Source of the DNA: an uncultured Gammaproteobacteria bacterium
Lineage (GTDB): Bacteria; Patescibacteriota; Microgenomatia; Levybacterales; UBA12049
Direction: 5' to 3'
NCBI GenBank assembly: GCA_964507055.1
Contig: CAZDOJ010000001.1
Coordinates: 529,313-593,312 of the forward strand
DNA: 64,000 bases
Position numbers and translations under genes: made by a program
Notes under the pieces: generated by a model
The model's database searches: none
What the model was told of the DNA's origin: nothing
The model's input: only the letters and a program-made list of their open reading frames with translations
In this document: positions 10,219 to 18,949 of the stretch, one piece after another
Layout of the letters: each line of letters opens with the position of its first letter
Numbering within the stretch: position 1 is the first letter of the stretch

Positions 10219-11433
10219 ATGGAGACTGTTCACATGCGTCATAAACGAATTTCTAAGAAACATATATTAGTACTCTTTTTCTCGCTCTTCGTACTTATGG
10301 GTGGACTGGTGTTGATGCTCTCTCAAGCACAAAAACCACAAAATCAACGAAGTATGGCCGCTGGAGATTGTGCTGTAAATGCAACCCAGCTACAGATCAA
10401 ACAACAAGAACAAACTCTTTTTGATCTTATCAATGCATATCGTACAGAGAGTGGTTTGCCGGTGCTTAGTTGGAGCCCTTCTCTCAAACAACCTGCAGCA
10501 TGGTTAAGTAGTGATATGGCAAGAACAAATAACTTAAGCCATACGGATTCATTAGGTAGACTACCAGATACTCGATTACCGGACTGTGGATTCCCACTTT
10601 CTACATATTATGGAGAGAATATTGCAACAGGTGCACCAAGTGCTCGAGAAATTTTAGATGTATGGAAAGCATCTCCACCACACAATCAAATCCTCTTAGG
10701 ACAAAACTTTACACAAGGTGCAATCGCTATGGAATTGGATAGCACTGGGCAAATGGCATATTGGACATTGGATGTGGGAGGAACATTTAATACTAACCCT
10801 ACTACAACGGTTGGTCCTTCAGGTGCATTAAGTCCAACTGCAATTGTTACCTCAGCACTTACACCATTACCTTCTGAAATTGCACCAACCAAGGGATCCA
10901 CTGGGAAAAAACCGACACCGACACTCGGACCTGAAGGCGTTGATGTACAGCTTTCGGTAAAAGTAAAAATTAGTGGTATAGGGGCAGATGGAAATGTCAC
11001 ACCAAAGAATCTTACTCGAAAAGTCTATGCAGGAATTTACGGACTTGAATCTACTCCTGTCACGACAGGAAATGCATTCCTGACATATGATGGGAAAGAC
11101 TACTTCACCGGTATTATCCGCTTAGGCAAACTGACACAGGGAGTCTATTTGGTGAAACTTTCAACTGATAACTCGCTCCAAACACTTGCAAGACCAGAAT
11201 TCCAAACTATTATGATTGATCGGGTGAATGAAGTTCCAGCTGTAATGCTTTATCCAGGAGATATGAATAGAGACAACATTCTCAATCTTGAAGATTATAA
11301 TGAGGTTTTGCCATGTTTCCAAAATAAAAAATGTGATACAGCAACAGTTATTGATTTCAACGATGACACCACTACAGACGTAAAAGATTACAATTTATTC
11401 CTTCGAAGCTTTAGCCAACAACCAGGAAATTAG
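10219..11433 (+). CDS. Membrane-anchored CAP/SCP-domain protein with C-terminal dockerin-like repeats
   Basis: CAP core paralogous to 7011..8075 (AAGDC...QLQ...LF..IN.YR). C-terminal DMNRDNILNLEDYNEV and DFNDDTTTDVKDYNLFLRSF resemble dockerin Ca-binding repeats. Confidence 0.5.
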   Translation: METVHMRHKRISKKHILVLFFSLFVLMGGLVLMLSQAQKPQNQRSMAAGDCAVNATQLQIKQQEQTLFDLINAYRTESGLPVLSWSPSLKQPAAWLSSDMARTNNLSHTDSLGRLPDTRLPDCGFPLSTYYGENIATGAPSAREILDVWKASPPHNQILLGQNFTQGAIAMELDSTGQMAYWTLDVGGTFNTNPTTTVGPSGALSPTAIVTSALTPLPSEIAPTKGSTGKKPTPTLGPEGVDVQLSVKVKISGIGADGNVTPKNLTRKVYAGIYGLESTPVTTGNAFLTYDGKDYFTGIIRLGKLTQGVYLVKLSTDNSLQTLARPEFQTIMIDRVNEVPAVMLYPGDMNRDNILNLEDYNEVLPCFQNKKCDTATVIDFNDDTTTDVKDYNLFLRSFSQQPGN

Positions 11434-11444
11434 GAAGCAATACC

Positions 11445-13073
11445 ATGACAAAAAAACACAATAAAAAACAGGCCTTTAAATTACTAACGCAATATGGGAT
11501 TCATATCTGGGCGATTTTGATAATTGCAAATGCTGCTCTTGCATATGCATTTCATTTTTCAACGCAGGCCGCAAGTCAACCCAACAGAACTTTGCAAGAA
11601 AGTCTCGGACCAAGGGTTGGCGAGGAAGAATCAGAAGCAACTCCGTCCGCAAAAACTGCTACTCCCACGATCACACCAAAACCTAAAGGTGGAACGCTTG
11701 AACTGACTTTTCGTATCCCTGGAATTGGAAGCGACAGTGCGGTTATGACGCCAAAGCGTTTACAAAGAAATGTTACTGTCTTTCTTTTTGCACCAGACAC
11801 AAATTCACTCAATAATTCTGTAAAACCACTATACACATTTAAAACAACAGCACATTTTGATACCAATACATTAAGTCCGACCTATACAAGTTACCTTGTA
11901 AAAGGAATGGATTTTGGAACTGATGTAAAAGATGGAAAATATCAGGTTGTTTTTCGAACAGACGAATCGCTTCGAACCATTATTAAAGAGACTCCGACAA
12001 ACATTGGAGGACAACTATTTGAAATCACAAAGACAGCAAAATTGAGAAGAATTCCCACACAAACAGTTCTTATGGGAGATACTCTACCAAAAGAAGGAGA
12101 TAATATCGTTGATATCAGTGATTACAATGCTTTTGTGAATTGTTTTGGAGAGAGAAATGCATCATCATTTTGTGAAGGAAATAATTATGCTGATTTTGAT
12201 GACAATGGTACTGTAGATGGCGTCGATTACAATCTATTGCTACGGTCATTTCAAGAACTTATCAAACAAGGACAGTCTATCCCAAAGATCACAGTTGCTC
12301 CAACTGGTCCACAAAGAGTTTCTCGATTATCGAATTTAGTTACGCCAACACCTGTCAAAGAACAAGTATTACCAACAAAAACTGCTGCACAAACCCAAGT
12401 TGATGCGAAATCTGGAGGGAATGTACTGGGTGGAATTCTTTTCTTTATATTCATACTCATCGTTGGAGCAATTATATTTATTCTCTTTAAAAAGAATGAA
12501 AAGTTCAGAACAACTGTATTGTCACTACTTCATAAATCTCCTGTTGGACCAACACCTCCACCAATCGATCCAAATGCACCTGCGGATGGAGCAGCACAAG
12601 TAGATCCAAATGCTACACCAACAGAGACAGTGTCAACAGATGCTACGGTACCTGAAGTACCAACTGAACAAACTACACCTGTAGATCCATCGACAATTGC
12701 TGCTTCAACTGAAATACCAGTAGATGCACCATCGACAGAAACGCCAACAACAGCTCCAGACGTAACAGCTGCTGATCCATCAGCAATTGCAGCGTCAACG
12801 GAAATTCCAGTGGTATCCACAACACCTCCAACTGACACAGCTCAAGCTGCACCTGCAGATGGAGAGACTGTAGAGCGTGATTGCTATGTTAAGAAGAAAT
12901 TGCCTGGTGATGCTACGGGCGTTTGGCTAACATTAACAGATGACAACGGTGCACTTGAAGCACATTACTCACAACCAGATGTTGAAGAAGGATTTGCCAA
13001 AGTTAAAGGTGTTATGAAGACCGAAAATGGAAAAACATTCCTTGAGATTTCAGAAATCGTTGGAGAGGGTTAA
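11445..13073 (+). CDS. Membrane protein with dockerin-like repeats, an internal TM helix and a PT-rich C-terminal region containing a tandem repeat
   Basis: DISDYNAFVNCF and ADFDDNGTVDGVDYNLLLRSF are dockerin-like. TM is GGILFFIFILIVGAIIFILF. Direct repeat DPSTIAASTEIPV occurs twice. Confidence 0.45.
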   Translation: MTKKHNKKQAFKLLTQYGIHIWAILIIANAALAYAFHFSTQAASQPNRTLQESLGPRVGEEESEATPSAKTATPTITPKPKGGTLELTFRIPGIGSDSAVMTPKRLQRNVTVFLFAPDTNSLNNSVKPLYTFKTTAHFDTNTLSPTYTSYLVKGMDFGTDVKDGKYQVVFRTDESLRTIIKETPTNIGGQLFEITKTAKLRRIPTQTVLMGDTLPKEGDNIVDISDYNAFVNCFGERNASSFCEGNNYADFDDNGTVDGVDYNLLLRSFQELIKQGQSIPKITVAPTGPQRVSRLSNLVTPTPVKEQVLPTKTAAQTQVDAKSGGNVLGGILFFIFILIVGAIIFILFKKNEKFRTTVLSLLHKSPVGPTPPPIDPNAPADGAAQVDPNATPTETVSTDATVPEVPTEQTTPVDPSTIAASTEIPVDAPSTETPTTAPDVTAADPSAIAASTEIPVVSTTPPTDTAQAAPADGETVERDCYVKKKLPGDATGVWLTLTDDNGALEAHYSQPDVEEGFAKVKGVMKTENGKTFLEISEIVGEG

Positions 13074-14854
13074 GCAGCCTTATCATAATCATCTTTTGTA
13101 TCATCAGACAAAATCGTTTTCAATGCAGTGTCGTTTAGTTTAGCTCCTTTTTCTTTAATGACTCCAGGGAGTCTGTAATCTGCTAGAATTTCGCCTAATC
13201 CAGTAAGTTGTGCTTGAGAAGCAGTTACTTCAGCATCACTTGTTAACAACGGTGTTCTCCAATCATGTTTGGAATTATTTGTTCCGTCATTATTTTTGCC
13301 TAATTGATCTATCAAACCGCTATCTGTTTCTTTATCTGGTCGTATAGTTGCAGCAATCTCTGATAATTTTACTTTAGCTTCTAGATTCCATGCAGGTAAA
13401 ACATTTCTTATCGCTTGGCTCCATTGTTTAATTCTATTGTTTAAAGCATAATCATCAACTTTTATTCCACTTTCTTTCTTCTTTTTATCGTCTTGTTTTG
13501 CCATTTTTTCTTTCAATTTGTCTTTCATTTTGAGTGCAGCATTTTTTTCGACACGTGTTTTAGTTTCTGTTTTGACTGCATTTTTTGTTTTTGTTTCGGT
13601 AGCAACGCTATTTACAGCAAGTGCTTGAACCTCATCAACTGCTTCAGCTTGGACTTGAGCAACCATTTGTGTTTTTTGCTCAGCTTTCGCCTCTGATATT
13701 TTCAGTGCTTGGGCTTTCACTTCCGGCACCATCTGTTTGGAAAGTCTATCAATAGTTTTTAGTGTTACATGTTCAGAGATAAGACCATTTGCCAACACAT
13801 CGGGAGATTGTTGCAATGATCGATCCACTCGGATAGAAGCCTCTTTGAAATTGAGAGCCAAACCAGCCCTTACTAAGCTTAGTGCTGCACTCTCTCTTTG
13901 TGCTGCTGCAACATTTGCTTTTGCTTTTTTCGTTTCATCATCATCGTCACGGTGGATATGCAATTGGGCAAGTTCCGCAAGTCCTTGCGTGCTGACTTTG
14001 ACAGTTTCTCCATATTGTACTGGAGCTGGTGCAGAAACTTCAAATTGTATAGGTTTGATCGTAGACTCAACTTTGGACTGAGGCTTTGTTATCTCAATTG
14101 ATATCTGTCGTGGAACTACCATTGGGACAATAGGATTAGCTACAGCTTCCACTGGTTTTGGCACGAAAGAAGGTAATCTATCTACACGAGTAAATGTCGT
14201 TGACTGAGGTATCACTTTTTTGAGTTCGATTTTGGTTGGTACAGTGTTTTCGACTGGTAAAGATTGTCGAACTGCTGGACGAGTTGATTCTGCAAAAGTA
14301 CCGGTTTTATTACCAACTTTTGCTTCCGCACTAAATGGTGTTCTTCCCATTGCTATTACGGGACGACTCTCTGATTGAGGTACTAATGATGGTCTTGGCA
14401 CGCTTGGAGCACTCATCGGAGAAATTGATTCAGGTCCCTGCAGAACCGGGATTTTGGACATTTTTATTTCACCCGTAGCACTTCCTACATTAAATGTGGG
14501 TTGCGATGATCTCTCAGAAGAAGTATTTGTAGTAGATCGTGATCCCAAGGCTTGCTCGACACTTGTAGCTCTTCCTCGTGACTCCATGAAGGAAGCAGTT
14601 TTGTTTCCTCGACTTTCACCTTGGAATTGGGAACCACTGAAAGAGAGTTTTGGACCTTCTGAAGATTTACCGAAAGTTAATGACGGTCTCGCTGCCTCTG
14701 TTCTTCCAAATGATGCTAATCCTCGTGATGAAAATGCTGATGATGCTCCTGCTCCGAATGATCGTTCTGCACCACCACCGAATCCGCCACCTCTACTTAA
14801 TGTAGCTGTGCCGCCGCCTCTTGATCCGATTGATGTTCCACCTGTTTTTGCCAT
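13070..14854 (-). CDS. Large low-complexity protein: Gly/Arg/Ser-rich N-terminus (RGG and FG motifs), Lys/Ala/Glu-rich coiled-coil-like C-terminal half
   Basis: 594-aa ORF with SD aggagaaat upstream of ATG 14854. No TM or signal peptide. Confidence 0.5.
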   Translation of the reverse strand: MAKTGGTSIGSRGGGTATLSRGGGFGGGAERSFGAGASSAFSSRGLASFGRTEAARPSLTFGKSSEGPKLSFSGSQFQGESRGNKTASFMESRGRATSVEQALGSRSTTNTSSERSSQPTFNVGSATGEIKMSKIPVLQGPESISPMSAPSVPRPSLVPQSESRPVIAMGRTPFSAEAKVGNKTGTFAESTRPAVRQSLPVENTVPTKIELKKVIPQSTTFTRVDRLPSFVPKPVEAVANPIVPMVVPRQISIEITKPQSKVESTIKPIQFEVSAPAPVQYGETVKVSTQGLAELAQLHIHRDDDDETKKAKANVAAAQRESAALSLVRAGLALNFKEASIRVDRSLQQSPDVLANGLISEHVTLKTIDRLSKQMVPEVKAQALKISEAKAEQKTQMVAQVQAEAVDEVQALAVNSVATETKTKNAVKTETKTRVEKNAALKMKDKLKEKMAKQDDKKKKESGIKVDDYALNNRIKQWSQAIRNVLPAWNLEAKVKLSEIAATIRPDKETDSGLIDQLGKNNDGTNNSKHDWRTPLLTSDAEVTASQAQLTGLGEILADYRLPGVIKEKGAKLNDTALKTILSDDTKDDYDKAA

Positions 14855-14876
14855 ATTCTTATTTCTCCTTTAAAGT

Positions 14877-14932
14877 TACAGTTTGTAATCATACTTGCAT
14901 TGTACTCTGATAAGTTGCGATTGCAAACTGTA
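14877..14932. promoter_or_regulatory. 14-bp inverted repeat (tacagtttgtaatc ... gattgcaaactgta, 1 mismatch) immediately upstream of the 594-aa gene; candidate operator
   Basis: Read directly from the sequence: IR arms at 14877-14890 and 14919-14932. Confidence 0.4.
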
Positions 14933-15155
14933 TCTAGCCAGAAGTATACTCCGCAAGGCTAACCTGAACTTGATACTAACTTTACAAAAACCTTACAAAG
15001 AAAATCCTGCTTTACCGAACCGAAGTCTAAGGATAAACAAAAAATATTAAAACTAGCCTTACTTCACTCAGGGAATATACTCATTAATTTTATAAGGTTA
15101 GTATCAAGTTGTTTTTGCGATTCCGCATATACTGTAAGCAGAAGGAGAAACAAAC

Positions 15156-15410
15156 ATGACACTTAAAATAATATTTGGAAAAACAGAAACAAGAGCAGCT
15201 AACTCTTGGAAAAAGAGAATGGAAGAACGAGAAATTGAAAAGAATATCTTTCATATAACGGGGAGATTGGAAGAATCAAGAATTTTTGCAGCAACTGCCA
15301 TGGAAGAAACAACAATACCAATGCAAGTGAAGGAAACAATTATTAAACCCATTGTTGTCTATTCAAGAGATTTGCTCACACCAATGGATTTTATGAAGAT
15401 GGCAATGTAA
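15156..15410 (+). CDS. Hypothetical small protein (84 aa)
   Basis: ORF with GGAGAA SD-like sequence upstream. Confidence 0.3.
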   Translation: MTLKIIFGKTETRAANSWKKRMEEREIEKNIFHITGRLEESRIFAATAMEETTIPMQVKETIIKPIVVYSRDLLTPMDFMKMAM

Positions 15411-16014
15411 ACTTCGTTAAGTTAAACGAAGTTCGATGCAAATCACAGAGACCAAATTTACTAATCGCTTCACGATGTTTCTTGGTACCATATCCTTTAT
15501 TGGTAAAGAAATCATAATTTTCGTATTGGCTATGCAATTTTTCCATTAGCTCATCTCGATACACTTTAGCAATAATTGATGCTGCAGCAATAGAGATACT
15601 GATACTATCCCCTTTAATAATTGGCGTTTGCATCTTTGGAGAGATCGACTGGATGAGAAAAGCATCCATCAAAATATGCTGCGGTTGATGTTTGAGGTTT
15701 TTGATTGCTTGTGTAAAAGCTAACTGTGCAGCTTTGCCAACTCCAATTTTATTGATAATAGGAACTGAAATCTCAGCAATCGAATAACTCAACGCATGTT
15801 CCTGAATAATCTTCGATAATTCTTTCCGAACTTTTGCTGAAAGTTTTTTGGAATCATTGATTTTATCTGTCACGTTAAATGTTGGAGGAAGAACTACTGC
15901 CGCAGCAACCACAGGTCCTGCGAAACATCCTCTACCCACTTCATCAACACCAGCGACATGCTGCATTCCCTCATCCCAAAATTTCCTTTCACGTTCAAAG
16001 GTAGGTAGTATCAT
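15391..16014 (-). CDS. rnhB: Ribonuclease HII
   Basis: VAGVDEVGRGCFAGPVVAAAV catalytic motif. Confidence 0.85.
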   Translation of the reverse strand: MILPTFERERKFWDEGMQHVAGVDEVGRGCFAGPVVAAAVVLPPTFNVTDKINDSKKLSAKVRKELSKIIQEHALSYSIAEISVPIINKIGVGKAAQLAFTQAIKNLKHQPQHILMDAFLIQSISPKMQTPIIKGDSISISIAAASIIAKVYRDELMEKLHSQYENYDFFTNKGYGTKKHREAISKFGLCDLHRTSFNLTKFTLPSS

Positions 16015-16020
16015 AAATCG

Positions 16021-17238
16021 TTACTCTAATAAGCTTTCTTGTTCTCCACCTTCAGAAAGCAATGAAGATGCTTCCAAACTTGGAAGCGATGGTAATGACG
16101 ATCCAAGAATCCCCTGCAATTCTCCATACATTGAAGCAGTATTTCCCATCATTCGATTCAATTGCATTTCGCGTTTCTTCCAAATTCTGACAGTTGAACG
16201 CTTTTCTGTTTCTAAATCTTGCATCAAAGTCATCAAACTTTCAACTTGCGTTTCAAACTTATTGCGGAAACCATCTTTAGTTAAATAACTAAACAATGCT
16301 TCCAATCGTTCATCCTTGTGAGCAGCTGTCGCACGAGCGATTGCAACTTCCATAAGTCCTGTACGAACCACACTTGCCAACGGAATTGCATATTTATAAC
16401 TTGTTACCCAAACACCTTCATAGAATTTAAAAGTATCAATCCCGTCAGGTAAAACATCACTAACAATAATTGCGACACTTGCATCAACTCGTCTTTTGTC
16501 ATCACGCAATTTTGTAGTCCATGAACCGCTCCAGGCTTTGGTACGTTTTGTTTCCCAAAGGATCATTCCAGCAGTATTACCAAATTTGTTCTTAACCTTT
16601 TGCATCAGGTCTGCCCCATCAATCCCTTTTGGCACGGGTACAATTTCATCTGTCGCAAAGACTTCGCGTAATTGATTTTCCAAATCCAATTCAAGGACTT
16701 CTCCTTGTAATTGTTGTGATGATTGAGCGGCCTTTCTTTGTGCATCTTCCAAAGCCTTTTTTGTATCGTCCAATTGCTTTTGTAATTCCATTTCTTTCAA
16801 ACGAGATTCTTCTTTAACAGATTTTGACACTTCAAGTTCAATTGACTCTCGCTCTTTCATAAGCTTTTTTTGCATCTCGAGTTCACGCTCTTTATCTTTT
16901 TGTGAAAGGGTTCTCATTTCTTTGGTAAGTTCGAGGATCTGTTCTTGCAATTCCTTATTACGTTTACTTGCTTCTTCAGCTTCGTTTTGTGTGTTTTTCA
17001 ATTGGAGTTCAAGGGTTTCTTTAGCACGTTTCATCGCACGTTCTTCAGCTTCAATTCTTGCTTTTTCCAAAGCCTCTTTATGCTCAAGTGCTTGCTTTTC
17101 TGTTTCTAATTTGATCTTTTCGAGTTCTGCTTTATGAGTTGCTGTCTGCTCTTCACGGATAGTCTCACGCATCTGATGCGTAAATGCTTCGGAGAGTTCA
17201 ACTGGCTTACCACAATGAGGACATTTGATGTTATTCAT
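16021..17238 (-). CDS. DUF2130-family protein (N-terminal zinc-ribbon CPHCG, long coiled coil, conserved C-terminal domain)
   Basis: Architecture and C-terminal sequence look DUF2130-like. It lies 7 nt upstream of rnhB. Confidence 0.5.
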   Translation of the reverse strand: MNNIKCPHCGKPVELSEAFTHQMRETIREEQTATHKAELEKIKLETEKQALEHKEALEKARIEAEERAMKRAKETLELQLKNTQNEAEEASKRNKELQEQILELTKEMRTLSQKDKERELEMQKKLMKERESIELEVSKSVKEESRLKEMELQKQLDDTKKALEDAQRKAAQSSQQLQGEVLELDLENQLREVFATDEIVPVPKGIDGADLMQKVKNKFGNTAGMILWETKRTKAWSGSWTTKLRDDKRRVDASVAIIVSDVLPDGIDTFKFYEGVWVTSYKYAIPLASVVRTGLMEVAIARATAAHKDERLEALFSYLTKDGFRNKFETQVESLMTLMQDLETEKRSTVRIWKKREMQLNRMMGNTASMYGELQGILGSSLPSLPSLEASSLLSEGGEQESLLE

Positions 17239-17301
17239 TCGGATATTATCATACTCTGGAATCTTGGTTTCTGCAACTCTAGATATGTTAAAATAGCTGT
17301 A

Positions 17302-17703
17302 ATGAGAACAGTAATTCGATCAATTGCAATTTACCTTTTTGCACTCTATTTTCTACCGCAAATGATCCCAGGATTTACGCTTGAGGGTGGATTTTGGACA
17401 CTTATCATTGGAGCCACAACGCTTGCTTTGATGTTTTTGATATTGAAACCTATCTTAAACATCATAAGCTTTCCAGTAAACCTTATCACGCTTGGCCTTT
17501 TTTCAATTGTTATCAATGCTTTTATTCTCTATTTACTCACAATTGTTGTTCCAGAAATTACGGTACAGCCATTTACCTATCCTCGGACAGAAGTTTCAGG
17601 GTTTATTATCCCACGGCTTGAATTCAATACGTTCTTTGCATATGCCTATTCTGCCTTTGTTTTAGCGACCATCAATTCTGTCATACGATGGCTTATCAAA
17701 TAA
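17302..17703 (+). CDS. Phage_holin_4_2 (YvlD-like) family membrane protein
   Basis: GFTLEGGFWTLIIGATTLALMFLIL...LITLGLFSIVINAFILYL is typical of PF04020-like 4-TM proteins. ATG 17302 is chosen over the track start 17134. Confidence 0.55.
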   Translation: MRTVIRSIAIYLFALYFLPQMIPGFTLEGGFWTLIIGATTLALMFLILKPILNIISFPVNLITLGLFSIVINAFILYLLTIVVPEITVQPFTYPRTEVSGFIIPRLEFNTFFAYAYSAFVLATINSVIRWLIK

Positions 17704-17704
17704 T

Positions 17705-18664
17705 ATGTCACTACACCATCTCAAAATTGCTTGTCTAGGAGGAGGAAAAGGAACAAGTAGCTTGCTTCAAGGTTTGAAAGACTACGATCCACAGTTAACA
17801 GTAATCACATCAATGGCAGATGATGGAGGATCTTCCGGAAGGTTGCGAAAAACATACAATATAATGCCACCAGGAGATATTGTTTCTTGCATAGCCGCAC
17901 TTATCCCTGATAAAGAACTTTCAGCATTACTCACCCATCGATTCCCGGGTAATTATAAAACTACCAAAGAATTAGGCGGACATAAACTTGGAAATCTCAT
18001 GATGCTTGCTGAGATACAACGTACAGGAGATTTTTATAAAGCATTGGAAGCAATCAAACAGATCTTTGGCGTTACCGCTGATATTCTCCCAGCAACCGAT
18101 GAACGGACAAGATTGAGTGCCTTTACGCTTGATGGTAGACGTTTGCATAGCGAGACTACGATGGATTTGGCACTGTATGCAGAACCTTATGGTATTAAGA
18201 AAATCTATATCACACCAAAGCTACCAAAAGTTAACCCCTTTGTTGTAAAAAAACTCATGGAAGCAGATGTCATAATAAGTGGACCCGGAGATTTGTATAC
18301 AAATCAACTCCCTGTACTTATGGTTCCGCAAATTAAAGACGCGTTATTGAAGAGCAAAGCAAAGAAAATATTTATACTTAATGTCGCAAATAAACCATTC
18401 GAAACGAAGAACTTTACTTTAGACAACTTTGTATCAGCTTTCTCAGATCATTTAGGGACATTCCCATTTGATACAGTTATTGCAAACACAAATACGACTC
18501 ATCCCATTCCTAAAAAGTATCGATATAAATATATACCAGTTGAAACAAAGGAAACTACTAGCAAAACATATCAACTTATAACTGGCGATATCGTCAATGC
18601 TACATTTCCCCTTTACCATGATCCACATAAATTAGCTCAGCTTGTACGTGCGACAATTAAGTAA
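17705..18664 (+). CDS. YvcK/UPF0052 (CofD-like) gluconeogenesis-factor family protein
   Basis: LKIACLGGGKGTSSLLQGL...VITSMADDGGSSGRLR. Confidence 0.75.
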   Translation: MSLHHLKIACLGGGKGTSSLLQGLKDYDPQLTVITSMADDGGSSGRLRKTYNIMPPGDIVSCIAALIPDKELSALLTHRFPGNYKTTKELGGHKLGNLMMLAEIQRTGDFYKALEAIKQIFGVTADILPATDERTRLSAFTLDGRRLHSETTMDLALYAEPYGIKKIYITPKLPKVNPFVVKKLMEADVIISGPGDLYTNQLPVLMVPQIKDALLKSKAKKIFILNVANKPFETKNFTLDNFVSAFSDHLGTFPFDTVIANTNTTHPIPKKYRYKYIPVETKETTSKTYQLITGDIVNATFPLYHDPHKLAQLVRATIK

Positions 18665-18687
18665 ATTTGAATTTGTAAATCATACCT

Positions 18688-18933
18688 GTGTGGTATATAA
18701 TGCTTAGTATGGATATAGCTTTATCAATCATCCAAATCGTTGCCTCTGTATTGCTTGTCGCTGCTATTTTATTGCAAGCTCCAGGAACAGGACTTTCTCC
18801 AGTTTTTGGTGGCGGTGGTGAAGCATATCGTAGTAAAAGAAGTGCTCAGAAATTCCTCGTTATTGCGACTATTGCTCTCTCTGCAATTCTTGTGCTCCTA
18901 TCGATTACACTTCTGGTCCTACAAAACAGATAA
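18688..18933 (+). CDS. secG: Preprotein translocase subunit SecG (the real start is likely ATG 18700 or 18709)
   Basis: Two TM helices with a Gly-rich loop (LLQAPGTGLSPVFGGGGEA). Confidence 0.7.
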   Translation: MWYIMLSMDIALSIIQIVASVLLVAAILLQAPGTGLSPVFGGGGEAYRSKRSAQKFLVIATIALSAILVLLSITLLVLQNR

Positions 18934-18949
18934 ATAAAAACAGCATATT

